Counted from the stretch's first letter, positions 27,629-36,867 are shown. The stretch: 64,000 nucleotides of DNA from Parcubacteria group bacterium Gr01-1014_29 (GCA_007376195.1 VMFT01000002.1:1273-65272), one strand, 5' to 3'. Notes: generated from the letters alone by a model not told the origin. Translations and numbers: made by a program.

Positions 27629-28852
27629 ATGACTCAAGACAAAAAATTTCCGGATGGGTTTTTGTGGGGGGCGGCGACGTCAGCTCATCAAGTTGAAGGA
27701 GACAACCGGAACGATTGGACGGAGTGGGAAAAGAAAAACGCCGAGCGGCTTTCAAAAACAAATGGCGCGAAATATCCTCCGGAAAATTATATTTCCGATC
27801 AGGCGTGTGATCACTACAGTCGCTACGAGGAAGATTTTGATATCGCAAAGTCTCTTGGCCACAATGCGCACCGGTTTTCCATTGAGTGGTCTCGCGTGGA
27901 GCCGGAAGAGGGAAAGTTTGATGAGAAAGAAATTGAACACTACCGCGACGTAATCCGCGCGTTACGCGAACGGGGCATGGAGCCGTTTGTAACATTGTGG
28001 CATTGGACAAACCCTATTTGGTTTGCTGAAGCGGGCGGTTGGGAGAATAAAAAAGCGACGGAATATTTTGTGCGCTATGTGGAAAAAGTTGTTGATGTTC
28101 TCGGCGACGTGAAATTTTGGATAACCATGAATGAGCAAGAGGCGTTTGCGCGCCATGGCTACTTTACGAAAGATCGCCCGCCCGCCACCGGCACTATTTT
28201 TACGGCATATCATGTGCTTAAAAAACTGGTTCATGCTCATGAGCAGGCGTATCAAGTTATAAAAAATATACGACCAAAAAGCCTTGTGGGGTTTTCGGAA
28301 AGCCGTGTTTTTTTTGAACCGTATAACAGGTTGCCCCACAATCTCCTTGCGACAAAACTTATTGCGTGGTGGAGGAACAACGCTTTTTTTGATCAGTTTG
28401 TCAAACATTCTGATTTTATTGGCCAGCAGTATTATTTTCACTCAAGGGTACGATTGAATCCGTTTGTGTCCCACTGGGGCTTTCAGTATAACGAAAATAA
28501 GAAAGTAAGCGACATGGGGTGGGAATTGTATCCGGAAGGACTATACCATGTGCTCACGGACTTAACAAAATATAAAAAACCTATTTATATCACAGAGAAC
28601 GGGCTTGCCGATGCACGGGATGAACACCGGGCGTGGTTTATCCGGGAGCATGTTCGTTGGATGAAAAAAGCAATGGATGAAGGGGCTGATGTGCGTGGAT
28701 ATTTTTATTGGTCACTATTGGACAATTTTGAGTGGGACAAAGGATTCTGGCCGCGATTCGGACTCGTGGAGGTGAATTACCAAACGCTCGAGCGAACAAT
28801 TCGCCCGAGCGCGTGGGAGTATAAGAAAATAATTATGGATCATGAAGCGTGA
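27629..28852 (+). CDS. glycoside hydrolase family 1 (beta-glucosidase-like)
   Basis: FLWGAATSAHQVEG, TMNEQ and ITENG catalytic motifs. The ORF track starts at 27557 with a hydrophobic N-terminal extension. Confidence 0.75.
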   Translation: MTQDKKFPDGFLWGAATSAHQVEGDNRNDWTEWEKKNAERLSKTNGAKYPPENYISDQACDHYSRYEEDFDIAKSLGHNAHRFSIEWSRVEPEEGKFDEKEIEHYRDVIRALRERGMEPFVTLWHWTNPIWFAEAGGWENKKATEYFVRYVEKVVDVLGDVKFWITMNEQEAFARHGYFTKDRPPATGTIFTAYHVLKKLVHAHEQAYQVIKNIRPKSLVGFSESRVFFEPYNRLPHNLLATKLIAWWRNNAFFDQFVKHSDFIGQQYYFHSRVRLNPFVSHWGFQYNENKKVSDMGWELYPEGLYHVLTDLTKYKKPIYITENGLADARDEHRAWFIREHVRWMKKAMDEGADVRGYFYWSLLDNFEWDKGFWPRFGLVEVNYQTLERTIRPSAWEYKKIIMDHEA

Positions 28853-29013
28853 ATCATGAAGCATAAGATATTAAATTCCTCACTTTTATGTTCCATGTTT
28901 CAAGTTTTATGTTATATGCTTTATGAACTGGTTTCTCATATCACTTCTTGCACAATGGGTTACCCCCTGCGAACTCATTTGCTTTTCAAGCGTACATATT
29001 TTATAATACATAC

Positions 29014-29226
29014 ATGACTGTGGTTGAGCAAAAAATATCATTACTGGAAAAAGAAGTACAACAACTTCGCTCGTTTATTATTGGTATCGCAGGAAAAGAT
29101 CCGGAAGGCGACTATAAGCCGGAGTTTGTGGATGATATTTTTAAAGCGCGCAGTGAGAAATCTGCCTATACATTTCATGGAAAATCTTCATTTCTTACCG
29201 AACTGCACCGCCGCAAGGCATCATGA
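29014..29226 (+). CDS. putative antitoxin (coiled-coil, 70 aa) of a RelE/ParE module
   Basis: Stop overlaps the toxin ATG (ATGA). Confidence 0.4.
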   Translation: MTVVEQKISLLEKEVQQLRSFIIGIAGKDPEGDYKPEFVDDIFKARSEKSAYTFHGKSSFLTELHRRKAS

Positions 29227-29486
29227 TCCGCGTTCTTACAACAGAACGTTTTCTTGATGGAGCCGCATATTTACCAAAACAGCAACAGCAGAAACTTGCA
29301 AATCTTCTTATAACATTGGAAGAAAATCCCTTTCATCCAAAACTTCGCACAAAATTATTGCGCGGTACGCTCACCGGCCTTTATGCATTTCGTATAACGC
29401 GCGACTGGCGTGTGATCTTTCAATTTCAAGATACACACACCATACTACTCCTCCGCACCGCAAACCGTAAAGACATCTACCGATAA
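29223..29486 (+). CDS. RelE/ParE-family toxin
   Basis: ...LTGLYAFRITRDWRVIFQFQDTHTILLLRTANRKDIYR matches the RelE/ParE consensus. Confidence 0.55.
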   Translation: MIRVLTTERFLDGAAYLPKQQQQKLANLLITLEENPFHPKLRTKLLRGTLTGLYAFRITRDWRVIFQFQDTHTILLLRTANRKDIYR

Positions 29487-29519
29487 ATAGATTTCCTCTC
29501 ACATTCTACTCCACAAAAT

Positions 29520-29625
29520 AACTACTCACTCCTCCCTTTGAAAAAGGGAGGTTGGGAGGGATTTTACAAGATGTATTTTTTAAAAATCCCCCTTATTCCC
29601 CCTTTTACAAAGGGGGAATTTCCCA
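29520..29625. repeat. paired hairpin modules B then A (same family as 17505-17600)
   Basis: ctcctccctttgaaaaagggaggttgggagggatt ... aaaatcccccttattcccccttttacaaaggggga. Confidence 0.5.
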
Positions 29626-29667
29626 AGGTGTGAGCAGTTACTCCACAAACTATTGAACTTTGTCCTC

Positions 29668-29699
29668 GGACTCTGCATTTTAATGCAGGGTCCTTTTTT
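29668..29699 (+). terminator. rho-independent terminator
   Basis: ggactctgcattttaatgcagggtcc followed by tttttt. Confidence 0.45.
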
Positions 29700-29831
29700 G
29701 TACGCTAGAATAAAAATGGTAGTAGGTGAATATACGGGAGAAAAGTTGATATGTTTGGTTATTTAGAAAGCGCCTTTTAATTGAAAGGCGTTTTTTCTTT
29801 TGATGAGCTATACTAGAAGTGTATTTTAAAC

Positions 29832-29856
29832 TAACGCCTAAAGCCTAGCGCCTAAT
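29832..29856. repeat. solo arm of the ctaggc/cctaaag palindromic element family
   Basis: ctaacgcctaaagcctagcgcctaa immediately upstream of the ATG at 29863. Confidence 0.35.
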
Positions 29857-29862
29857 TTTTTT

Positions 29863-31737
29863 ATGAACTGGTTTCTTATATCACTTCTCGCACAGGTTGT
29901 TCTTGGCACCGCATCGGTGGTTGATAAGCTGTTCCTCAAAAAATCCTATCCAAATCCGGTAGGGTACACGTTTTGGATAGGAATATTAGGTTTAGTGTCG
30001 GTGTTTCTTTTGCCGTTCGGGTTTGAATGGGCAGAATCTGCAGTAGTGGTGCGTGCGTTGTGGGGAGGCGCTGTGTTTATGGCCGCACTTCTGCTTTTTT
30101 ATTGGGCATTGTATTACGGAGAAGCATCAGGGGCAGTGGTTGCCATTGGCGGTCTTTCGCCGGTAGCAACATTATTTTTTTCTTTTGTGCTCATGGGCGG
30201 TTCGCTTGCATCTTACGAAATTGCAAGCTTTTTTCTTTTGGTAATTGGCAGTTTTCTTCTGTCGTTTACCGCAGAGCGGACCGTGCGCCTGCGCGTGGCA
30301 GGGCTCGTTGCGGCAAGCGCCCTCTTATTTGGGTATTCCAATATTCTTGCCAAGCAAGTGTTTGACGCTACCTCATTTTTCACCGGATTTTTCTGGCTAA
30401 AAATCGGCGGAGTTATTGCGGTGTTCCTACTGTTTTTTTACGCGCCGTGGCGAAAGGCGATTCTCAATCCGGGAGAGAAAGACGAGTTTCATAATCGTCT
30501 TGGCTATTTTACCAACCGAGTGTACGCAGGCGTCGGTTCTATACTAATATATTACGCTATCGCATTAGGCGTGCCGCCGCTGGTGGATGCCATGCAGGCA
30601 GTACGGTTTTTATTTGTGTTTCTCGGCGGTTGGCTGGTGCTTCGTGAGACGTTTCGCGGAAAAATTCTTGCGCTAAAAATCGCCGCGTTTATAATAGTGT
30701 CTCTTGGGGTGTTGTTTCTCGGCGTGGGCACCTATCTCTCACACACAGCGCCAGATCCGAACCGGTCTATCGCGTGGGGAGTTACATTTTCAGAAAAATT
30801 CGCACGGGAATTTTTTGTGCCAAATGACAGTGCGCCCGGTCGGATGACCGGGTCGGATGAGTATTGGAAAAGTAACTATGACGCGATTCTTGATGATCTT
30901 GGCGTGCGGCATCTCCGATTGGTTGCTTACTGGGATCTTCTGGAGCCAACGGAAGGCGTATTTGATTTTTCAGGGCTTGACTATCAAATGCGCCGCGCGG
31001 AGAAAGTCGGGGCGGATGTTATCTTGGTGGTAGGAAAGAAAGTGCCGCGGTGGCCGGAGTGCCACACCCCGCACTGGGTGCGGGAATTTTCAATTTCCAA
31101 TTTTCAATTTCCAAACAAACAAGACGAAAAACTACTGGAGTTTGTTGAAGTAGTTGTAAAAAGATACAACGATTCTCCGGTACTTCGTTATTGGCAGGTG
31201 GAAAATGAACCATTTTTGCCGTTTGGAGAGGGAGCGTGCGCTCTTTCCGGGAAAGAGCTTTTGGAAAACGAAATAGAACTTGTGAAAAAACTAGACCCGG
31301 CGCATCCAGTTGTCATCACGGATTCAGGAGAAATTGGGGCGTGGGTGCGTGCCGCGAAACGCGGGGATGTATTTGGCACCACCATGTATAGAAGAGTACA
31401 CAACGACCGTCTTGGCAACTTCGAATATCCTATTGGTCCGTGGTTTTTCCGCGTGAAAGAAAAAATAGTCCGCTTTTTGCTTCAAGATTACGAGAAAAAA
31501 TTTATAGTGGTTGAACTTGGCATGGAGCCGTGGTTGCCCCAACAGCTCTATGAGACAACGCCGGAGGAACAAATGCAGGTTTTTGATTTTGAGTTTTTCA
31601 AAGATTCTGTGCGATTTGCCAAAGATACGGGGTTTGATGAGTACTATCTGTGGGGTGCTGAATGGTGGTATTGGTTAAAAACAAAACACAACGATCCCCG
31701 GTTTTGGGATGAGACGGGTGAGTTGTTTCCCAACTAA
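29863..31737 (+). CDS. fusion protein: N-terminal about 10-TM EamA/DMT-like membrane domain plus C-terminal TIM-barrel glycoside-hydrolase-like domain
   Basis: Hydrophobic N-terminal 300 aa; the C-terminal part has WQVENEP (GH5/GH42-like NEP catalytic motif). Confidence 0.5.
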   Translation: MNWFLISLLAQVVLGTASVVDKLFLKKSYPNPVGYTFWIGILGLVSVFLLPFGFEWAESAVVVRALWGGAVFMAALLLFYWALYYGEASGAVVAIGGLSPVATLFFSFVLMGGSLASYEIASFFLLVIGSFLLSFTAERTVRLRVAGLVAASALLFGYSNILAKQVFDATSFFTGFFWLKIGGVIAVFLLFFYAPWRKAILNPGEKDEFHNRLGYFTNRVYAGVGSILIYYAIALGVPPLVDAMQAVRFLFVFLGGWLVLRETFRGKILALKIAAFIIVSLGVLFLGVGTYLSHTAPDPNRSIAWGVTFSEKFAREFFVPNDSAPGRMTGSDEYWKSNYDAILDDLGVRHLRLVAYWDLLEPTEGVFDFSGLDYQMRRAEKVGADVILVVGKKVPRWPECHTPHWVREFSISNFQFPNKQDEKLLEFVEVVVKRYNDSPVLRYWQVENEPFLPFGEGACALSGKELLENEIELVKKLDPAHPVVITDSGEIGAWVRAAKRGDVFGTTMYRRVHNDRLGNFEYPIGPWFFRVKEKIVRFLLQDYEKKFIVVELGMEPWLPQQLYETTPEEQMQVFDFEFFKDSVRFAKDTGFDEYYLWGAEWWYWLKTKHNDPRFWDETGELFPN

Positions 31738-31753
31738 AGAAAAAACCGGCTTG

Positions 31754-32280
31754 CTACCGGTTTTGTGATTTGAAAGAGGAGTGATGCAAGTTATATTCTT
31801 TGAGATAGTTACGGAGTGTCCGCGTGGTCAATTTTGATATCTGAGCCGCTCTGGTCATGTTGCCTTGCGTTCTAAATAAGATCGCAGTAATGTATTGTTT
31901 CCTAGCGTCTGCGAGTGTCGGCAGTACCTCATCATATTTGATGAGCGGCGAAGGTATTTCGATGTGTGATAAAGAGATTTCAACAGGCGGCAAAGGTATT
32001 TCGTGAAGCTGGAAGAAGTCGCTAGCCCCAACAACTTGTTTATCCACTCGCTTTTTGATATATTGCAACTTTGTTGGTGGTGTGCGATTTTTTCTATAAA
32101 ATTTTTGTTAGAAATATAATCATCCACTTGGCTTTTACTTAGTTCCCGAGTAGTAAAAAGAAACATTAAAATCTCATAGTAAACGTGCTCCGCACTTCTT
32201 TTTAGTTTTTTCTCGGATATACTCATAGCTTTCCAGTGAACGGTTGATTGAGAATTGATTATCTTGGTGTTGGAACTCAA
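31754..32280 (-). pseudogene. AT-rich gene for a Fis-type HTH protein, apparently frameshifted (two overlapping ORFs)
   Basis: ORF 31754..32068 carries a C-terminal HTH (MTRAAQISKLTTRTLRNYLKEY). ORF 31855..32280 overlaps it in another frame; T-runs sit at 32088-32108. Confidence 0.3.
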
Positions 32281-32333
32281 GTTAGGCGCTATCTATCAAC
32301 TCTTGCAAGACATAACTACCCCAGATTTTAATT

Positions 32334-32408
32334 TGGTGTCCTCGGCAGGAATTGAACCTGCATCAAAGGCTTAGGACGCCCCTATTCTGTCCGTTGAACT
32401 ACGAGGAC
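32334..32408 (-). tRNA. tRNA-Arg (anticodon CCT)
   Basis: Minus strand: GTCCTCG acceptor, D-loop with GG, anticodon loop gTCCTaa, T-arm GCAGG-TTCAATT-CCTGC, 3' CGAGGAC-A-CCA. Manual fold; the anticodon stem has two G-U pairs. Confidence 0.65.
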
Positions 32409-33028
32409 ATAATTAACTGATTAAGTCTTTTTATAATGCAAAATATTTCTTTTAATAACAATCCTCCTTTTTTAACTCTGACTCTACACATGCCATATTT
32501 AAGTTTACCTTTCTTTTTACCTTTTAAAACATTCACGCTCGTCTCTTTCCCTAGCTTGATTCCGGTTACTTCAGACCAAAATTTAAGGCAGTTTTTCTTG
32601 TTGAGATCTTCATATATTCTTACTGAAATTTTAAGGTCGCTGTTCTGAATTCCGAAAGTAGTTCGTAAGGTATAAAGAAATAATCTAATTAAATCCGGAT
32701 CAGTATTGGAAAGTCCAAAATCTTTTTTTGATCCCTCAGCCCAATATAAAGAAGTTGCTATAAGGGCTAAATCTTTTCGTGTCAAACAATCCATTAATTG
32801 TTCGGCTTTTCCCTTAGCTGTATCCCAATGTCGCTCAGAAATGATTTTACTTGCATTACGGCGGTTAAGCCATCTTTGATAATGTTTAGGGAGTATGTTA
32901 ATATTTTTTATGTATCTCGATGCGGTTGATTTCGAAATTTCGCACATGCGGCTTATTTCGGGTACACTATAACCCCGAGCTCTTAAACTTCGGATTTCGG
33001 AGATTTTATCATCTTGGATAGGTAGCAT
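32399..33028 (-). CDS. AT-rich protein with N-terminal resolvase-type HTH and LAGLIDADG-like (LYWAEGS) homing-endonuclease-like domain
   Basis: GYSVPEISRMCEISKSTASRYIKN HTH; IATSLYWAEGSKK resembles a single-motif LAGLIDADG. GC content is far below its surroundings; the stop overlaps the tRNA-Arg 5' end by about 10 nt. Confidence 0.4.
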   Translation of the reverse strand: MLPIQDDKISEIRSLRARGYSVPEISRMCEISKSTASRYIKNINILPKHYQRWLNRRNASKIISERHWDTAKGKAEQLMDCLTRKDLALIATSLYWAEGSKKDFGLSNTDPDLIRLFLYTLRTTFGIQNSDLKISVRIYEDLNKKNCLKFWSEVTGIKLGKETSVNVLKGKKKGKLKYGMCRVRVKKGGLLLKEIFCIIKRLNQLIMSS

Positions 33029-33074
33029 ATACCCAGAGTATCAGTACATACAATTATGTCAAGGACGGACTTGC

Positions 33075-33110
33075 TCTATCCAGTTGAGCTATGGGGGCTT
33101 AGGCCATGGC
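33075..33110 (-). other. tRNA 5'-half-like fragment (acceptor plus D-arm) without a matching 3' half
   Basis: Minus strand reads GCCCCCA-TA-GCTC-AACTGGAT-AGAGC-A-AGTCC.. then loses tRNA structure; a second partial copy (GAGCGGATAGAGCAA) lies about 35 nt upstream. Confidence 0.35.
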
Positions 33111-33272
33111 GGGTAGGTGTTTGCTCTATCCGCTCCGACGCTCTGCTTTGCCCGCCCAGAGGCGGGTCCGCCTCGGGCGGAAACTACGAGGGCATGTTGC
33201 CATAGTATAAGAAAATGGTAGTATTGTCTTGTAGCAACTTGAAATACATCAATCCCGAAAAGGAGGGTTTAT

Positions 33273-33734
33273 ATGCCGCTACCTGGAATTCTTGAAAACC
33301 GCTTTTGCCCTCTTTGCGGGTTTCAACTCGAAGGCGATAATTTTCTTGAAACAATAGAGCAAAGCGAAGAAGAATATTATTTGTGCCTGCAAGGTAAACA
33401 CACCGCACCATGTGTGGTGCAAGAAGAACGGCACCACGAAGAATGGCCGGTAAGTTTTTTTGTGGTATGGCGGGCAGACGGCGCAAAAATCAAAAGCGAG
33501 AAGAGATGGTGTTTGTTTTGCGGCTTTCCAACAGATGAATGTTATACATATATTGATTTTACTGCGGAGAGTCAACAAAAAGGGTGTGTGTTCTCTGTTT
33601 GCTCTAGCGTAGAATCCCATGCGTGGCAAGAAGTTCATAATGAGACATGCATTTTCTTTGTAGAGGAAACAGTAGAGAAGTTGGCTCTTTTAGAGCACAT
33701 GTTCATGTTTCTTAGTTGGGGGTTGCCAAATTGA
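33273..33734 (+). CDS. hypothetical Cys-rich protein (two CxxC pairs; zinc-ribbon-like)
   Basis: CPLCGF ... CLFCGF pairs. Confidence 0.4.
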   Translation: MPLPGILENRFCPLCGFQLEGDNFLETIEQSEEEYYLCLQGKHTAPCVVQEERHHEEWPVSFFVVWRADGAKIKSEKRWCLFCGFPTDECYTYIDFTAESQQKGCVFSVCSSVESHAWQEVHNETCIFFVEETVEKLALLEHMFMFLSWGLPN

Positions 33735-33751
33735 TTAAGTCGCTCCCCATT

Positions 33752-33795
33752 ATGCTTTTCGCACGGTGTCTTGTTGCGAAAAGCATTTTATTTTG
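33752..33795 (+). terminator. rho-independent terminator
   Basis: atgcttttcgca-cggtgtcttgt-tgcgaaaagcat followed by tttattttg. Confidence 0.5.
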
Positions 33796-33941
33796 CCATA
33801 CATTATTATGTATACTAAGCGGTGTGTAACCCGCCCATAGCTCCCTCCTTCACTCGCCTTCGGCGAGCTTCGGAAGGGCACGCATCTCAATAACACGATG
33901 TTAGTCCTTCTGAAGCTAAGCGAATGCTTAGCGTAGGAGGA

Positions 33942-34014
<73 letters not shown>

Positions 34015-34067
34015 CACTTAGAAAAAGGCAAGCCAGAGGAAGCCGCCTCGCTTCGCTCGGCGACTGA

Positions 34068-34472
34068 TTGGTATTCAATTTTGTGGGTCTGAAAAACATT
34101 TTTGCAATCTCGATTCCGATTTTCATAGCACATGGGCTAGAAGAATACTTTACGGGATTTTTTAACATTGATAACATTTCCCGATTTGTTTTCAGCCCAC
34201 TTGAAACCATGCCTCTTCTCCAGGCCACTTTTCTGCTTTTCCAAATTATGATTTGGTTGCTTCTCATAATTTCTTTGCTCTTAATCACGAGTGAAAAATG
34301 GCAATCGCGTTTAATGATAATTCCAGGACTGATTTATATTTTTGAGTTGCACCATTTGTGGAAGGCGCTAATCTCTGGGGGCTATTATCCCGGACTAATA
34401 ACCGCAATTGCTTTTCCGATAATCGGCTTTCTATTTTGGAAAGAATTGTTAAAGCACTACAAACATGTTTAG
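34068..34472 (+). CDS. HXXEE-domain membrane protein
   Basis: IAHGLEEYFTGF (HxxEE) followed by TM helices. Confidence 0.4.
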   Translation: MVFNFVGLKNIFAISIPIFIAHGLEEYFTGFFNIDNISRFVFSPLETMPLLQATFLLFQIMIWLLLIISLLLITSEKWQSRLMIIPGLIYIFELHHLWKALISGGYYPGLITAIAFPIIGFLFWKELLKHYKHV

Positions 34473-34725
34473 AGTTATTGCTTTCGCAAATACTTTCGCC
34501 ATTATTGATTTGATACTCCATCAACTTTTCCATCTGTGGATTTCTGTCGCGCCACGCTCGTATGAATGGGCGATGAATTTGTTTGTCGCTGGTCTTCATC
34601 TCCAAGTAACTGATTTTGATAGCAGTTTTACTCATGTTGCCTTGGGTACCATAGTTGAAGCATCGGCTTTCTGGATTCTTGGTGCTTCATTTGCATTGAT
34701 TTACAATCGGCTATCAAAGTCATAG
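34465..34725 (+). CDS. hypothetical small membrane protein
   Basis: ORF only; hydrophobic. Confidence 0.25.
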   Translation: MFRVIAFANTFAIIDLILHQLFHLWISVAPRSYEWAMNLFVAGLHLQVTDFDSSFTHVALGTIVEASAFWILGASFALIYNRLSKS

Positions 34726-34983
34726 GATTAGTTGCCGCCAAAGAAAAACTTGTTCCCGTTTTATCTGGCAAAATGAAGTTACAAAACGCAATCCCGCCTT
34801 CTAAAATTTTAAATAAGTGGCGGGAACATTGTCATCCTCCTTCGCCAAGGCTACGGAAGGACAAGTCGGTGCGGCTCCGCCGCCTTTCGGATTTTTCGCG
34901 GGGGGTTCCTCGCCCTTCGACAAGCTCACTATTTTAAGAATACCGGACACTTGTTTTATTCCTCTTATTTGCTATGCTGTAAG

Positions 34984-35218
34984 CATGAAAAAACATAAAG
35001 AAATAATCTATCAATACGAGGTTCTTTTTGACCCAAATGGGGTGGGATATACCGTTACGGTACCCAAACTCCCCGGACTTGTTACTGAAGGGAACAATTT
35101 AAAAGACGCGCGGGAAATGGCAAAAGATGCTATTCGGTGTTACCTCGGAGCAATCTTAAAAGAAAAAGCTATTGCTTTCGGAACCACACGACATGAGAGG
35201 ATCAGAGTAGCAGTATAA
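34984..35218 (+). CDS. hicB: HicB-family antitoxin
   Basis: YEVLFDPNGVGYTVTVPKLPGLVTEGNNLKDAREMAKDAI matches the HicB/UPF0150 consensus. Confidence 0.55.
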
Positions 35219-35227
35219 TTTTACTTT

Positions 35228-35455
35228 GTGCCAAAACTTCCGCGTATACCATCTTCGTTGGTAATTCGAGCTCTCAAACGGGCTCATTTTTACGAATTTC
35301 ATCAATCGGGAAGCCATGTACAACTTCGACATCCTGATACACAGGAGTTGCGAGTCACAATACCATTTCATAGGAAAGATTTAACACCAAAAACACTGAA
35401 ATCAATTATTCAACAAGCTGGTTTAACTGTCGAAGAATTTATTAAATTGCTCTAA
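35228..35455 (+). CDS. hicA: HicA-family toxin (mRNA interferase)
   Basis: ...VIRALKRAHFYEFHQSGSHVQLRHP...VTIPFHRKDLTPKTLKSIIQQAGL matches the HicA consensus. Confidence 0.6.
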   Translation: MPKLPRIPSSLVIRALKRAHFYEFHQSGSHVQLRHPDTQELRVTIPFHRKDLTPKTLKSIIQQAGLTVEEFIKLL

Positions 35456-35483
35456 TCTGGCAGGAGCTCCCTGTCTTTTGATT

Positions 35484-35705
35484 TTACTTTGTTTGTCTGG
35501 AGCCATGTTTTTGCCCGCCCCTTAGGGGCGAGGTCTCGTCTTTGGCGGAGGCGGAAAACCACGCTTTTATTTTATCCCAAAATAGTATTCGAATTCCAAT
35601 AAATTCCAGACCAACAAAAATCAACCAAGAACCCGGTGTAAAAGGCGTAACCAGAGCCAAAAGACCGATAACGATTAAGAGAATGCCGATTGTTTTTTTA
35701 ACCAC
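35484..35705 (-). CDS. hypothetical small membrane protein (73 aa)
   Basis: Two TM helices. Confidence 0.35.
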   Translation of the reverse strand: MVKKTIGILLIVIGLLALVTPFTPGSWLIFVGLEFIGIRILFWDKIKAWFSASAKDETSPLRGGQKHGSRQTK

Positions 35706-35749
35706 AGATTTACACTTACATTATAGATTTTTCTCTCCTTGATATATTG

Positions 35750-35820
35750 TCGGGGTAGGCGGAATCGGACCGCCACTACAAGACCCCCAGCCTTGCGTAC
35801 TACCACTATACTATACCCCG
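35750..35820 (-). tRNA. tRNA-Pro (anticodon GGG)
   Basis: Minus strand: CGGGGTA acceptor, GTAT-AGTGGTA-GTAC D-arm, CAAGG-CTGGGGG-TCTTG anticodon arm, GGCGG-TCCGATT-CCGCC T-arm, TACCCCG-A. Confidence 0.65.
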
Positions 35821-35888
35821 CTACTTCTATTTTGGCATATGAAAAAAGGAGCTCCAACTCCCTCTTGTCCCTCTTCGCTTACAACTTG

Positions 35889-36092
35889 TTACTTGGTACT
35901 TACTGCTAATTTGAGATGCTTCCCGCCTTTGAGACACCGGGTGCATATTTTTATGCGCCTGCCCGTTGCCAACGTTGCCCATTGAAGATTGGGATAATGC
36001 CGTTTCCATTGCACGGGGTTGTAGTGCGCGCGCAGCAGACTGCGTTCACCACCCATGCGTGAAGTTTTATTGCAGGTTGGACACGATTTCAT
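35889..36092 (-). CDS. rpmB: 50S ribosomal protein L28
   Basis: MKSCPTCNK..., ..NPNLQ.., ..ICTRCLK matches bL28. Start taken at the internal Met of ORF 35889..36143. Confidence 0.6.
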   Translation of the reverse strand: MKSCPTCNKTSRMGGERSLLRAHYNPVQWKRHYPNLQWATLATGRRIKICTRCLKGGKHLKLAVSTK

Positions 36093-36180
36093 GGTCTTAT
36101 TTCTAGCAAATTTATTGTGAGTACGCAATAGACCAACATTCAATTGGGAGTTGTAAATTGAAAATCATTTCTCTATTATA

Positions 36181-36867
36181 ATGATTATGGATACAAGCGC
36201 TCTGAGTTTTATATTCCAAATAGCCATACTCGTTATGTCTGTGGTAATTCATGAAGTATCGCACGGTTTTATGGCTTATGCGCTGGGCGATCCTACCGCC
36301 AAATATGCCGGGCGGCTTACCTTAAATCCGATACCGCATATTGATCCGTTTGGTTCGATTATACTTCCGTTTGTTCTTTCCTTGTTGCCGGGCGGGATAG
36401 TGTTTGGCTATGCAAAACCAGTGCCTTATAATCCTTACAATCTTCGTGACCAAAAATGGGGCCCCGCATTAGTGGCTGGCGTGGGTCCGCTTTCAAATCT
36501 GTTTGTTGCGTTCGTGTTTGGACTCATTATCCGTTTTGGCGCGACTACTTCATTTGCGATCCCCGCTGCATTTTTTGAAATTGCATCCCTTATTGTTCTT
36601 TTAAATATTGTGCTTGCGGTATTCAACTTGGTGCCAATACCGCCGCTTGATGGCTCGCGCGTGCTCTTTACACTGCTTCCATACCACATGGATCACATCC
36701 GGCAGTTTCTGGAACAATATGGCTATATCTTACTGCTTGTGTTTATTTTCTTTTTCTTCCACATACTGCATCCTATCATCGAACAATTATTTTATTGGTT
36801 TACAGGTTTAGGGCCCAACCTCCTGGGGGATTTCATTGAATGTTTTCGCCATGGTTGTTCTTTATGA
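36181..36867 (+). CDS. site-2 protease family (M50) membrane metalloprotease
   Basis: HEVSHGFMA (HExxH) in a TM helix; LTLNPIPHIDPFG. Confidence 0.65.
   Translation: MIMDTSALSFIFQIAILVMSVVIHEVSHGFMAYALGDPTAKYAGRLTLNPIPHIDPFGSIILPFVLSLLPGGIVFGYAKPVPYNPYNLRDQKWGPALVAGVGPLSNLFVAFVFGLIIRFGATTSFAIPAAFFEIASLIVLLNIVLAVFNLVPIPPLDGSRVLFTLLPYHMDHIRQFLEQYGYILLLVFIFFFFHILHPIIEQLFYWFTGLGPNLLGDFIECFRHGCSL

Noticed and set aside
32334-33110. Group I intron (with homing endonuclease ORF) inside a tRNA anticodon loop.
   Set aside because: The downstream tRNA-Arg(CCT) is complete on its own. Its acceptor 3' strand (CGAGGAC) cannot pair with the upstream fragment's 5' strand (GCCCCCA), so the two pieces are not exons of one tRNA.
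35675-35857. 60-aa minus-strand ORF.
   Set aside because: Coincides with tRNA-Pro(GGG).
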